Of a stretch of DNA of 64,000 nucleotides, positions 8,046 through 17,426 are shown in pieces; position 1 is the stretch's first letter; each line of letters starts with the position of its first letter. Position numbers and translations under genes: made by a program. The stretch is from IMG/VR virus record IMGVR_UViG_3300042301_002383, positions 3,322 through 67,321 of that record; one strand, given 5' to 3'. This DNA is from a virus (lineage: Duplodnaviria; Heunggongvirae; Uroviricota; Caudoviricetes). The notes under the pieces were generated by a model that was given only the letters and a program-made list of their open reading frames with translations, had not been told where the DNA came from and did not search any database.

Positions 8046-8506
8046 CAGGGGGAGTATTCACTGAGATTGTGGGTACCCGAGATAGAATCAGTTCGTATGA
8101 TCGTTTCCTTAATGTGGACATCGATTTAAGTATTCCTCACACCGATGAGCTGGTGAAGTACTGTAATCAGTATAAGAACAGCATCCGTATGATGAAGACC
8201 AACTTCGAGATGTTAGCCAAGTTAGAAGAAATCATTATGCAACTCCGTTCTAAGGAATCAGTGGCTGATGAAATCAAACTGTCTTTGGTTCGTGAGTACA
8301 TCTACGCTCGAGCTCTATTCTATAGAGAGGGTAAAGGTACTAAGGACATTCGAGTTATCGTCGGGAAGACAGATGTGCACGGGACGGACATAGATTTACT
8401 GGGTAACAGTGTGGAGTTTATGGACTTAGCAAAGGAGAAGTTGTTAAAGGCTATGGACCTTGAGATTGATGAGAATGTTAAAGTTCTAAAAAATATTCTA
8501 GCATAA
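8024..8506 (+). CDS. hypothetical protein
   Basis: 160-aa ORF. Confidence 0.55.
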   Translation: MGRENRLTGGVFTEIVGTRDRISSYDRFLNVDIDLSIPHTDELVKYCNQYKNSIRMMKTNFEMLAKLEEIIMQLRSKESVADEIKLSLVREYIYARALFYREGKGTKDIRVIVGKTDVHGTDIDLLGNSVEFMDLAKEKLLKAMDLEIDENVKVLKNILA

Positions 8507-8562
8507 TTTGGAATATTCGAACATAAGTATTAATTTCGTATTACACTTAAACTATTAATCAT

Positions 8563-8886
8563 ATGAATTACTCTCAAGAGTTATCAAAGCTCCGTGATAT
8601 CATTCACCGAGATATCGTCCACAGAACCGTTAGGCTTAATCAAGGGGATGATTTTGAATTAGAATTAACCAGCCCGTTTTCGGTGTGGTTTACCCAAAAC
8701 TTCGACGATGACTACCAAGTCAAAGTTGCTGTTATAGGAATATGTGGTACCACAGGTGAGTTAATCACTCGAGGTATTACAGAGGATGGTTATGGTGACC
8801 TATACTATAACGATCTTACAATGGAACAGTTAGTATTCCTCCACAGACAAATCGAAACAGAATCATACACAATAAAAGTAATTTAA
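8563..8886 (+). CDS. hypothetical protein
   Basis: 107-aa ORF. Confidence 0.55.
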   Translation: MNYSQELSKLRDIIHRDIVHRTVRLNQGDDFELELTSPFSVWFTQNFDDDYQVKVAVIGICGTTGELITRGITEDGYGDLYYNDLTMEQLVFLHRQIETESYTIKVI

Positions 8887-8887
8887 A

Positions 8888-9454
8888 ATGGAAAAGATTT
8901 ATTTAGGATCAGAAGTTATGGTATCGGACCCTTATTACAGTGTCCCTACCTGGTGTCAGCATAAGTTGACAAATGTATTACCTGGTGAGTACTCCTCCAC
9001 AGCATTCAAATCGGATGACACAGGTGGTTGGGGTATGAGATGCGCAGCACTCGTTGCTGTCCATAAAGATTATGTTGAGGATGAATTAGCTTGGAGGACC
9101 GTTACATCATCAACAATTGGTGTTGACTCGGGTCAATGTGGGATATTCGATGTGGAGTCCTACAGGAATGATACCATTGCTGATGAGATAACAGCTCCTG
9201 AGTTGGGCTTTATGTTACCGTGTGATAGTGAGGGAGATAAGTGGTATGAGAAGATGTGCAGATTAACCTCAGCAGATCAACAGTGGGGATCATACAATAC
9301 TGGGGTGGTATCATCTTCAGGTTGTGGAGATGGTTCCTATCGACTTTTAGTAGCAAAACATAAGGGAAAGATAGTAGGAATCGCAATCGATTACCTAATG
9401 TTTAACCTGAAATCCATTCACTTCAATATGATTAAAACTGAAGAATTTGTTTAA
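8888..9454 (+). CDS. hypothetical Cys-rich protein
   Basis: 188-aa ORF, 1-nt spacing from previous gene. Confidence 0.55.
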   Translation: MEKIYLGSEVMVSDPYYSVPTWCQHKLTNVLPGEYSSTAFKSDDTGGWGMRCAALVAVHKDYVEDELAWRTVTSSTIGVDSGQCGIFDVESYRNDTIADEITAPELGFMLPCDSEGDKWYEKMCRLTSADQQWGSYNTGVVSSSGCGDGSYRLLVAKHKGKIVGIAIDYLMFNLKSIHFNMIKTEEFV

Positions 9455-9512
9455 GGGCTTGTTATTAGTCCTTAAACACCGTACCTTTGCGGAATTAACA
9501 AATAAAAAACAG

Positions 9513-9701
9513 ATGAAAAAGATTCACAGTAGAATTCAGCTCTCACCCAATGGTAAGTATTGGGAACGATGGGAGTCGACCGACAGAATCAATTGGAAGA
9601 TTACTCACGGACGAATGTCCTTAGAGGAGGCTCTTAAGAAACAGCAAGCCGTACTCATCCAAAATCACAGAAATCTTCTATCCGACATCCTCAGGAGGTA
9701 G
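9513..9701 (+). CDS. small AP2-like DNA-binding protein (tentative)
   Basis: internal ATG (MKKIHSRIQLSPNGKYWERWES...RMSLEEALKK) of track ORF 9447..9701; the NGK-W...LEEA pattern resembles AP2/integrase-type DNA-binding domains. Confidence 0.4.
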   Translation: MKKIHSRIQLSPNGKYWERWESTDRINWKITHGRMSLEEALKKQQAVLIQNHRNLLSDILRR

Positions 9702-9704
9702 AAG

Positions 9705-9960
9705 GTGGTACAAGTTTACTGGGGAATAAACAACAGCATATGAAAAAGTTCTTAAAAGAATTAGATTGGGTGTGGGATTACTACTTTGCAATATTCCTCT
9801 ACAACGGGAATAAGGTTTATAGGTACCATGAGTATATGACCAAGAAGTGGGGAGAACGGTATACCAACAGTGGGACCTGATCAAGGACTCGGAACATTAC
9901 TGGGGTGATTCACCTCAGGACGGGCAAAGATGGTACATGTTTACTGGGGTAAAATAGTTT
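9705..9960. repeat. three direct TTTACTGGGG copies (~9712, ~9897, ~9941) around a small ORF and between two AP2-like genes
   Basis: seen directly. Confidence 0.5.
9740..9883 (+). CDS. possible 47-aa protein (MKKFLKELDWVWDYYFAIFLYNGNKVY...)
   Basis: hand-translated, below ORF-track cutoff; flanked by TTTACTGGGG repeat copies; coordinates approximate. Confidence 0.3.
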
Positions 9961-10027
9961 GTGTAATATTTTTTTATTTGAATTTATTTTGTTATATTTT
10001 TATATAAACATTTAAATTTAAACACAA

Positions 10028-10213
10028 ATGAAAAAAACAACATCCCGTCGCACCACAGTTACTACATATGTTCCTGTGTCTGACAACATCTATCATGATG
10101 GTTCATCTTACCGTGTACGTGTAAGTGTTAATGGTACTAAGTACTCTAAGAATTTCTCTAGCAAGAGAAAGGCAGTACAGTTCCGTAACGAATTATTCTC
10201 TAAACAAGGATAA
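10028..10213 (+). CDS. small basic AP2/Arm-like DNA-binding protein (tentative)
   Basis: 61 aa; SSYRVRVSVNGTKYSKNFSSKRKAVQF resembles AP2 / integrase Arm-type beta-sheet DNA-binding domains. Confidence 0.5.
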   Translation: MKKTTSRRTTVTTYVPVSDNIYHDGSSYRVRVSVNGTKYSKNFSSKRKAVQFRNELFSKQG

Positions 10214-10237
10214 TTCCACACTTAGACTTGCATTAAG

Positions 10238-10270
10238 AGGTTCCACCACAATGGAACCTTTTTTTTTTAT
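10238..10270 (+). terminator. rho-independent terminator / attenuator
   Basis: AGGTTCCA-ccacaa-TGGAACCT hairpin + TTTTTTTTTT, between 10028..10213 and the next gene. Confidence 0.65.
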
Positions 10271-10280
10271 ATTTATTTGT

Positions 10281-11171
10281 ATGGGAAAATTTGTAAACAA
10301 ACTAGACTACGAGAGATTCGTGAAGAGTCTGAAGGGACCTTTGAAGTCATTAAATGGTGAAATATATTATGTTGCATCGGATACTCTTAGTAGTTTTGGA
10401 TGTTTCTTGAATATTGTAATACGTGAGACTCAGGTCCAACCTGATATAATATTTAAGTTGATGACCGAGCTTGCTGAGAAGTTCAAGCCTATGTATGACG
10501 AGTACATGGATCAATATGGTAGTGGGATGGGTGGAACCATGGTGAGGATCAAGGACCTATTACTTACTGGGGGATTAGATGAATTCATTGGAATTAATTT
10601 AAATAGTTCTATGGACAGTGTATTACCCGTGGAAAAACTTCAATGGGTTAAAGAAGTTCGTCAAGTAAAAACTATAATGACTTTTCTTGAAGACCCCGTG
10701 GGATTTAGATCAGTAATGGAACTTGACGACACCACCTTGGAAAGGGTTAATAGGAGTCTGAAGCAACTACAGTCTCAGAAGAACGTTCCACATAACCTTC
10801 AGGTTCATCTTGACTTCATTGAAGAGGGAACCTTTGATTTAGATATTTCCAATGGAACCAATATTTCAAACAACTTTATTAAAAATATTTACTATAAACT
10901 CCCCGAGAATATTAAACTTAAGTTTGTATGTGTTCCAGGGAACCACAACAAGATTACTGGGATGCTCGACTTCGATTGGAAATCAATCTATGTAGAATTT
11001 CCTTTATCACCTGAAGTAGGTAGAATCGTGAGAGATACCATTAGTTCAGTTTTATCAGATAAGATTAAAGAAATTCTTAAATCAAACGATTTAACCCCCG
11101 TTAACTTTTCGAGTAACTCAACCCATTATGATAAAGCCTATTTCAACTTTAGTTTTAAATGGGTAGGGTAG
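10281..11171 (+). CDS. hypothetical protein
   Basis: track ORF 10125..11171 overlaps previous gene and runs through the terminator; first ATG after the T-run (MGKFVNKLDYERF...) at 10281. An ATG at 10251 inside the hairpin is the alternative. Confidence 0.5.
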   Translation: MGKFVNKLDYERFVKSLKGPLKSLNGEIYYVASDTLSSFGCFLNIVIRETQVQPDIIFKLMTELAEKFKPMYDEYMDQYGSGMGGTMVRIKDLLLTGGLDEFIGINLNSSMDSVLPVEKLQWVKEVRQVKTIMTFLEDPVGFRSVMELDDTTLERVNRSLKQLQSQKNVPHNLQVHLDFIEEGTFDLDISNGTNISNNFIKNIYYKLPENIKLKFVCVPGNHNKITGMLDFDWKSIYVEFPLSPEVGRIVRDTISSVLSDKIKEILKSNDLTPVNFSSNSTHYDKAYFNFSFKWVG

Positions 11172-11230
11172 ACTATATTACGGGGTTCCTACGGAACCCC
11201 TTCATCCCGTACTTATTGTACTATACTAAG

Positions 11231-11261
11231 AACCCTTCGGAAAATCCCTAAGGGTTTTTTT
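11231..11261 (+). terminator. rho-independent terminator
   Basis: ACCCTT-cggaaaatccct-AAGGGT + TTTTTTT; preceded by perfect hairpin GGGGTTCC-tac-GGAACCCC at ~11181-11200. Confidence 0.55.
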
Positions 11262-11369
11262 AATTCCCATAGGATTATTCTAAGATTATCCTGAAGGGGA
11301 CCGAAGGTCCCCGTATAATAATCTGTAAAGTAAATCCCTTACAATATGTAAAGTGCCAAACAAAATGTA

Positions 11370-11450
11370 TCACCCCAGTAATATTAAAGTTGTTTGGCAA
11401 ACTATTTCCCATAGGTGGGTCACCCCAGTAATGTTTGTATTACGGTTCAG
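11370..11450. repeat. two inverted-orientation CACCCCAGTAATRTT copies inside the non-coding hairpin region
   Basis: TATCACCCCAGTAATATTAAAG ... GGTCACCCCAGTAATGTTTG. Confidence 0.5.
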
Positions 11451-12042
11451 GGATTATAGACGTATCACATTAGGACCGTATAAAAGTATTATGAGTATAC
11501 TCGGGGACCTTCGGTCCCCTTCATCCTGTATTACGAGTATTCTATTATACGGGGACACTTCGTGTCCCCTTCAGGGGGAACCTTAGGGACCGATGTATGA
11601 CACATTAATATAATATATAAAGGGTTATACTAAGACACTTGTATGACAGGGATGAAGGGAGGACTCGAAGAGTCCGACCGTAATATATAATGATATTAGG
11701 GGTATATTCTGGTAGAAAAAATAAAATGGTCTGTGATTCGCTCACGGGTCAATCCCCAGGGATATTCCTAGTAAGTGGGAAAAAGTGTTATTTTGTGGAT
11801 AAAATATACCAGAACCCAAAAATGGGATAAAAAAAGATAGTTTTAGATATATTAATTGATCACGATAACCGAACGGTAAAAAACACCGAAAAATATACGG
11901 ATATTACCGTTATAAACAGGAAAAAATTCGGGGTAAAATAAAACCCCTATGGAGGGGTTCTTAGGGGTAATTTTATAGGGGGTAATTGTACGGTCGTGAC
12001 TCCTGTCGGAGACCACGACCTTCAGAGACCTTCATGAATAAT

Positions 12043-12597
12043 CTACTTATTAACTTCTTTATCTAATACTATTCTTATTTCATCTCTTGTTTTATCCTTT
12101 AGGTAACTGTTAATCTTCCTATGTAAAAACTTATGTTCTTTCCTTGTAACCTCCATTAGATTATTAATACTATCATTATAATGATTATGATCTATGTGGT
12201 GAATTTCATTTCCTTTTGTTATCTTTCCAAAATAACTCTCAAATATCTTCCTATGATTCTGTCTTAATGATTCTTCACTATTACCTTTAACTCTTCCTTT
12301 CATTGTGGACCACATTAGATTATCCTTATGATTATTAGTTGTGTCACCATCAACATTTATTACTATAAGTTTACCTTCAAGGTGAGTTGGTTTTGGTAGG
12401 AAGTGTTCTGCTACCAATCTATGTTTATAATCTCTTATCCATTTCCCCTCATATCTAAATTTAAATCTTTCCCTTATCTTTGAACCTGATTTAGTTTTAT
12501 AGGGAATCATGTAGATATTCTCATTTATATTGAAAACATTTCCATATTCATCTATGGTATAATTTGAGAGATATACTCCTCTACATGTTACATTCAT
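12043..12597 (-). CDS. HNH homing endonuclease
   Basis: 184 aa; HNH motif GNEIHHIDHNHYNDSINNLMEVTRKEHKFLH with N-terminal NUMOD-like region; free-standing, not inside another ORF. Confidence 0.8.
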   Translation of the reverse strand: MNVTCRGVYLSNYTIDEYGNVFNINENIYMIPYKTKSGSKIRERFKFRYEGKWIRDYKHRLVAEHFLPKPTHLEGKLIVINVDGDTTNNHKDNLMWSTMKGRVKGNSEESLRQNHRKIFESYFGKITKGNEIHHIDHNHYNDSINNLMEVTRKEHKFLHRKINSYLKDKTRDEIRIVLDKEVNK

Positions 12598-12637
12598 AAC
12601 ACATAATATAAAATATTACCCCCGAAATGTAAAGATA

Positions 12638-12856
12638 TTAAAAGAATGAATCTGGGTACCAATCGTCCAATTGATGTTTATTATCTGTAACTTGTATGTG
12701 GTTTCTAATCATATCTTCTGTTATATCACCCTCATTCATTACCCTTAATGGTTTACCATTGAATATAGGTGAGATTACCTTATGGTATATTATTTCTCCT
12801 TCTGAGTCAAGGATAGTTTCTATCCTTACTTTATAGTTCCCTATTATTTTCTCCAT
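12638..12856 (-). CDS. hypothetical protein
   Basis: 72-aa ORF. Confidence 0.5.
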   Translation of the reverse strand: MEKIIGNYKVRIETILDSEGEIIYHKVISPIFNGKPLRVMNEGDITEDMIRNHIQVTDNKHQLDDWYPDSFF

Positions 12857-12866
12857 ATGTATATTG

Positions 12867-13127
12867 TTATTTTAGTATTCTATCTATGAAGTTCTTGATT
12901 GGATTCTTTTTTCTATTGATTTCCCCCGCTAATTGGACAATGTAGTCCTGATAGAGTTGTTCATCAAAGACATTCACCACCATGGACCGATTTAGTTCCA
13001 TTAAGTCCCTGATTGTTAAATCATATACATCTCTCTTCATTATCACCGTATCATTGTAGAACTTATAGGTGATTGTCACAGGTGTGGTCTTATGGATATC
13101 ATCCATGTAGGGTTTCTTTCTTCTCAT
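12867..13127 (-). CDS. hypothetical protein
   Basis: 86-aa ORF; minus-strand promoter (TTTGGAATATAC ... TATATTTG) about 20 nt upstream at ~13130-13170. Confidence 0.55.
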   Translation of the reverse strand: MRRKKPYMDDIHKTTPVTITYKFYNDTVIMKRDVYDLTIRDLMELNRSMVVNVFDEQLYQDYIVQLAGEINRKKNPIKNFIDRILK

Positions 13128-13129
13128 AC

Positions 13130-13170
13130 CACAAATATACGAAATGTTTTTGTATATTCCAAATATATGG
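13130..13170 (-). promoter_or_regulatory. minus-strand promoter (extended -33 GGAATAT(A/T)C + -7 TATATTTG)
   Basis: minus reads ..CATATATTTGGAATATACAAAAACATTTCGTATATTTGTGGTATG. Confidence 0.55.
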
Positions 13171-13173
13171 GCA

Positions 13174-13199
13174 TAAAAAAAGGGACCGTTAAGTCCCTT
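13174..13199 (-). terminator. rho-independent terminator (minus strand)
   Basis: minus reads AAGGGAC-ttaacg-GTCCCTT + TTTTTTT after stop of 13209..13583. Confidence 0.65.
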
Positions 13200-13208
13200 G
13201 TAATTTGT

Positions 13209-13583
13209 TTAGTTAAAATCAAACGGTTCGTTTTTCTGAATATCATATGACATAAAGGTTGGTAGGTTATTAAAATAACCCTCTTTTGCCATCTGAGTCA
13301 CAAAATTTATTGCTTGTTCGTCAGATATATCCTCCTCGTCGTAATTATAATCTAATTCAACACCAACCACTTTACCATCATCCATTTTAATAATCACGTC
13401 AACGCCATCTACGTTATCATCTTTTATTCCAACCGAAATCTTATATTCACTTATACTGGCAAATGCTAAGCTGCCAATTTCCAGTTCCATATTCCCTGAT
13501 TCATTATTGTTTGGTTCCTCTTGTTCATATAGTTTCTTTATATGTTTTCTATCGGATTCTGTAATTGTGAATTTCTGTCTCAT
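13209..13583 (-). CDS. hypothetical acidic protein
   Basis: 124-aa ORF. Confidence 0.55.
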   Translation of the reverse strand: MRQKFTITESDRKHIKKLYEQEEPNNNESGNMELEIGSLAFASISEYKISVGIKDDNVDGVDVIIKMDDGKVVGVELDYNYDEEDISDEQAINFVTQMAKEGYFNNLPTFMSYDIQKNEPFDFN

Positions 13584-13660
13584 TTTTATATTATTTATTT
13601 ATAAATATCTCTTAGTTGGGTAAATGTTATTTCTGTCCTCCGGAATCCCCGTTCGCAGAT

Positions 13661-15418
13661 TTATTGGGGTACGTAATCCCTGTCGATTGTATGGTCGGTT
13701 CTGTAATAAACGTATGTATTTTGACTTGTGAATCCAACCTCTTCGTGACTCCACTCTAATACTCTTGTTAAAAACTCCTCCTCACCCCCGTGTCTTTCAA
13801 CTATCTCATCCATTTCTATGTTCCCTGAGAACCATTGTTGTGCATTGACCTTATTCTTCTTTAGGATATCTTCCATATCATATACGGTATCAACACCATA
13901 TACCTCACTTAAGAAATCAGGAATATTGGATTCATCCTCCTCTTCGTGTTTTTTGTTAACATAATCATAGTACTCCTCCTCTATATCCAATACTTGAAGG
14001 AAATCCCACCCGTCAACAATACCACTTAATACTTCAATAACTTCGTGACCACCATAAATCTCAATAAAGTCATCTCTCATTATATCTGATGATCTTTCAA
14101 CCGCCTCGTCAAATGTTATAACCACATAGTCCTCCACAATATACCTTGAATTATCGAATCTTCTGTTCCTTACATTGATTCTTTCATCATCAATCACATC
14201 AATATTATTACGGTCAACATTTAATGCTGCCATTAATGCATTAATCTTACCCTCATTATTTATACCCGTACTCTTTAATTTATACTTATCCATGTAAGGT
14301 GTCGGTAATCCATCCACATTCTCATAATCATATGTGTCATCATCCTTACCCACGTTTTCTATTCCAGTACTCTCTGTAATAATATTATAAAATACGTTTT
14401 GTAGATTGGTTGGATATACCTTATCAAACATTACACCACCGTCTTTATTAACCCTTAATATACACCTCGCAATTGAAGTGTACGGATGTTCATTCCCCTT
14501 AGTGTCCTTATACGGTTTATTATATATAAGATAGGCAACCTTGGAGTTCTTATCAAATACATTCGATAACAACTTCTTATTCCATTGTGTACCCGGTTCA
14601 CCACCAGTGTATATGTTCTGACATGAATCGTAGAACTGAGATACCGACATCCTTAACTTATCGTCAGGTTTGTCCGTGATGTATAGATATAATGGGTACT
14701 GACCAATCTTATTAATGTTTTGTTGGTAATTTATAATCGGTTCCCTTAACCCAACGTAGTGTTTATCCCTGGTTATCTTATCCACATCCAAATAACCAAA
14801 TGTCTTTGGGAATACCTTTTTAATTGCAGCAATAAATCCCGGTAGACCCGTCGTGTTGTTTGACCATTTGATTTTATCCGCATTAATTGAATAATCCCAT
14901 CCTTTACCATCCTCAGGGTTACCCTGCAATGTGGAATCATTATTTAATCTGCTATCAGGTAATCTAAACGCCTTTGAATAAAACCAAGTATACTTTACCA
15001 ATGTACCAACACTTGAAGTATCTTCACTCATATACGGTAATCGTTTCTCCAAACTTGGAATCGATGCCCTCATAATAACTTTAAGAGGACCATCAACAAA
15101 TGAATAACCTGTCGGATTGTTATTATACTCCTTCCATATCTCGGACTTTCTTAGTTGTTCCACCAACTTATCGGTAACCGATCTAATCAATAGATTTGAA
15201 GCAAAGTCCACAACCTCATCATTCTTTATCTCCATATTCACATTTGGAATCTTGTCGGTGTGTTTTGGAACTTCCCTGTTTAAGTAATCACCTTTATATC
15301 TTTTCTGTATAATATCCTTCATGTAGTCAGGTATATCATCGGCAAGTACTTCCTGAAGATTTTTTGATTCATCAATTAATGACTTGTATTGATGTTCGGA
15401 TATTAATATTCTCATCAT
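13661..15418 (-). CDS. large hypothetical protein, member of N-terminal I-x-I-S-E-x-Q-Y motif group
   Basis: 585 aa; N-terminus MMRILISEHQYKSLIDES shares motif with 21674(+), 24848(-), 27280(-). Confidence 0.65.
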   Translation of the reverse strand: MMRILISEHQYKSLIDESKNLQEVLADDIPDYMKDIIQKRYKGDYLNREVPKHTDKIPNVNMEIKNDEVVDFASNLLIRSVTDKLVEQLRKSEIWKEYNNNPTGYSFVDGPLKVIMRASIPSLEKRLPYMSEDTSSVGTLVKYTWFYSKAFRLPDSRLNNDSTLQGNPEDGKGWDYSINADKIKWSNNTTGLPGFIAAIKKVFPKTFGYLDVDKITRDKHYVGLREPIINYQQNINKIGQYPLYLYITDKPDDKLRMSVSQFYDSCQNIYTGGEPGTQWNKKLLSNVFDKNSKVAYLIYNKPYKDTKGNEHPYTSIARCILRVNKDGGVMFDKVYPTNLQNVFYNIITESTGIENVGKDDDTYDYENVDGLPTPYMDKYKLKSTGINNEGKINALMAALNVDRNNIDVIDDERINVRNRRFDNSRYIVEDYVVITFDEAVERSSDIMRDDFIEIYGGHEVIEVLSGIVDGWDFLQVLDIEEEYYDYVNKKHEEEDESNIPDFLSEVYGVDTVYDMEDILKKNKVNAQQWFSGNIEMDEIVERHGGEEEFLTRVLEWSHEEVGFTSQNTYVYYRTDHTIDRDYVPQ

Positions 15419-15437
15419 AAATAAATATTAAACCATA

Positions 15438-15650
15438 TTAAATAATTTTACTATCAGGATATGCCAATAGTAGAAATCTTTTGTTGTATACACAATCCCA
15501 CGCTCTTCCATCCAAAGTGGATACCGCGGCGTAGTGTGCAGATTTAAGGGCTTCACTCGCGTGCATCTTGGCGAACTCAATCATCAACACTTCCGTTGTG
15601 ACACTTTCATTTTCAGATGTCATTTTTTCAATAAATTCTTTTGCCGTCAT
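15438..15650 (-). CDS. hypothetical protein
   Basis: internal ATG (MTAKEFIEK...) of track ORF 15438..15737, chosen to avoid 77-nt overlap with 15661..15969. Confidence 0.4.
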   Translation of the reverse strand: MTAKEFIEKMTSENESVTTEVLMIEFAKMHASEALKSAHYAAVSTLDGRAWDCVYNKRFLLLAYPDSKII

Positions 15651-15660
15651 GTTTTTGTGG

Positions 15661-15969
15661 TTAAAGGAAACTCTGTAGTATATAAGATAACTTGTACCCT
15701 GCGAAGGCACCAAGTGCCGATGGAATTGGGAATACAATAAGTTTACCCAAGTCAGTTACATATTTTGGTCGATTCACAATCCTTCCCATAAAGAAATAGT
15801 ATGTGAGGTAACCAAGAATGACCATTAAATCCGTTTTGGTACTAATGAATACCACAATGGTTGCACCAAGAAATCCAAAGATAAAGTTATCTCTTGTACC
15901 TTCCCACACCTCTTTGGGTGTTGCTTCATTCCATTCCTTAATTATTTTCTGAAATTGTCTCTTTGCCAT
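15661..15969 (-). CDS. small membrane protein
   Basis: 102 aa with two hydrophobic helices. Confidence 0.5.
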   Translation of the reverse strand: MAKRQFQKIIKEWNEATPKEVWEGTRDNFIFGFLGATIVVFISTKTDLMVILGYLTYYFFMGRIVNRPKYVTDLGKLIVFPIPSALGAFAGYKLSYILQSFL

Positions 15970-16003
15970 AATGAATATATTATATTAATAATAATTGACA
16001 AAG

Positions 16004-16723
16004 TCAATCCCAATATCCATGAGACTTCTTAAAAAATTCAGGATTGTTTCGGTTGAAGTAAGATTTCAACATTATACGGAACATCCATAACACACCCTTG
16101 TTCTTGAAGCGTCTGGATGATGTATATGCACCTTTAATCTTATGTACTTTAAATTCCTTTGGGTTAACCTTCTGAGATATAGAATAATCCTCGGCGAATA
16201 GTTCCTCAGGATTATATCCTCCCACTGACCAGTATGTGTCTGTATTCCATAGTTGAAATCCTCCTACTGCGAACGGAGTTCCAATCATTGTGGATAGGGT
16301 TTGGAATAGGTCGAACATTCTGAATACCCATCTGTATGGATAATCTGTATAGAATGGTACCGTGACCAAGTCCTTCTTATACCTTACACATTCAACTAAC
16401 GTATTCGGATTGGTTAGAAATACATCCGAGTCCAAGAATAACATATAAGGTGTTGTTACCAATTTGGATCCGTTTAATCTTCCGACACTTGGGTAACCAC
16501 CCTCAATTACATCAATCTTTAATGTATGTTTAAAATCTTTCTTTAACTTTATAATATACAATAACGATTTCATGTTATCCGAAACATCCGCAATAATAAC
16601 CCTTACCCCCCTTATATTATTTTGATTCGATAAATATTTTATGCAGGTGTATAGTGTTACCCCCTCGTTCTTGGATGGAATGACAATTGTAAGTTGATTA
16701 CTTAATGACCTTGTATTCTCCAT
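16004..16723 (-). CDS. family-2 glycosyltransferase-like protein
   Basis: track start 16765 is GTG; first ATG gives MENTRSLSNQLTIVIPSKNEG...; LFLDSDVF DxD-type motif. Confidence 0.6.
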   Translation of the reverse strand: MENTRSLSNQLTIVIPSKNEGVTLYTCIKYLSNQNNIRGVRVIIADVSDNMKSLLYIIKLKKDFKHTLKIDVIEGGYPSVGRLNGSKLVTTPYMLFLDSDVFLTNPNTLVECVRYKKDLVTVPFYTDYPYRWVFRMFDLFQTLSTMIGTPFAVGGFQLWNTDTYWSVGGYNPEELFAEDYSISQKVNPKEFKVHKIKGAYTSSRRFKNKGVLWMFRIMLKSYFNRNNPEFFKKSHGYWD

Positions 16724-17381
16724 CGTTGTATATGATATAACTATTATTCTCAATCCAATCCCCACAGTTTAGATATCTAACACCATTGATGCTCTTGTCA
16801 TCAGGATGATGAATATGACCACACATTACGGTGTTACAGTTATGTTTGATACCTTGTCTCACAATTTCCTCCTCGAAACTGGTCATGAACTTCACCGCCT
16901 CCTTTACCTTATCCTTTAGATACTTGGATAATGATCTCTTATAACCCCACGATTTAAGGGTTCTGTCGATGGATATGGCTATATCATAACCAATTGAACC
17001 AAGAACACCAAGCCATTTAAGTTTTACCACACCGTCATATAAATCACCATGGGTGATGTATGTGTTCTTGAAGATATATTCATTATGAATCTCTATGTTC
17101 CCGAAGTGAAGGTCAAGGTAGTCCCTCATGAACTCGTCATGATTACCCGGTATGTAGATAACCTTGGTCCCGTTCTTTGAATAGGACATTATCTTCCTTA
17201 TAACATTGGTGTGTGATTGTGGCCAACGGAACTTCCTCTTTAATAACCATCCGTCTATGATATCCCCCACAAGGAATAGATACTCGGGTTGGAATTGTTT
17301 AAGGACCTCTAAGACCTGTGTTGCATTTGAACCCTTGGAACCAAGGTGAACATCTGAAATGAATAATGCTTCTATCTTCAT
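16698..17381 (-). CDS. calcineurin-like metallophosphoesterase (LpxH-like)
   Basis: 227 aa; phosphoesterase motifs DVHLG, GDIIDGW, GNHDE, GHIHH. Confidence 0.75.
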   Translation of the reverse strand: MKIEALFISDVHLGSKGSNATQVLEVLKQFQPEYLFLVGDIIDGWLLKRKFRWPQSHTNVIRKIMSYSKNGTKVIYIPGNHDEFMRDYLDLHFGNIEIHNEYIFKNTYITHGDLYDGVVKLKWLGVLGSIGYDIAISIDRTLKSWGYKRSLSKYLKDKVKEAVKFMTSFEEEIVRQGIKHNCNTVMCGHIHHPDDKSINGVRYLNCGDWIENNSYIIYNDGEYKVIK

Positions 17382-17426
17382 TCACATAAATAGTACTCCG
17401 AAACTGGGACTGACATTATGGAATTA

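Larger units (their letters stand above)
11175..12030. repeat. non-coding hairpin-dense region (candidate structured RNA, origin or pac region)
   Basis: at least 7 perfect 6-8 bp GC-rich stems with 3-4 nt loops (GGGGTTCC-tac-GGAACCCC, GGGGACC-gaa-GGTCCCC, GGGGACC-ttc-GGTCCCC, GGGGACAC-ttc-GTGTCCCC, GGACTC-gaa-GAGTCC, CCCCT-atgg-AGGGG, GTCGTG...CACGAC). The 15-nt tail CTTCATCCYGTAYTA recurs after two hairpins (~11196, ~11525), with a shorter CCCCTTCAG copy after a third (~11566), and TAT(T)ACGGGG recurs before three hairpins; no ORF over 80 aa. Confidence 0.6.

Noticed and set aside
9678-9884. ORF 9678..9884 (-) 68 aa
   Set aside because: Antisense to the plus-strand early block, with no promoter. 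The plus-strand 47-aa ORF in the same interval is the more plausible reading, though itself low confidence.
11172-12042. tRNA genes in the 870-bp non-coding region
   Set aside because: Searched both strands by eye for T-arm GTTCRANYC or its complement and for acceptor/3' complementarity. Only GGGTCAATCCCC-like fragments without matching acceptor stems were found. The hairpins have 3-nt loops, unlike tRNA arms. tRNAscan should still be run.
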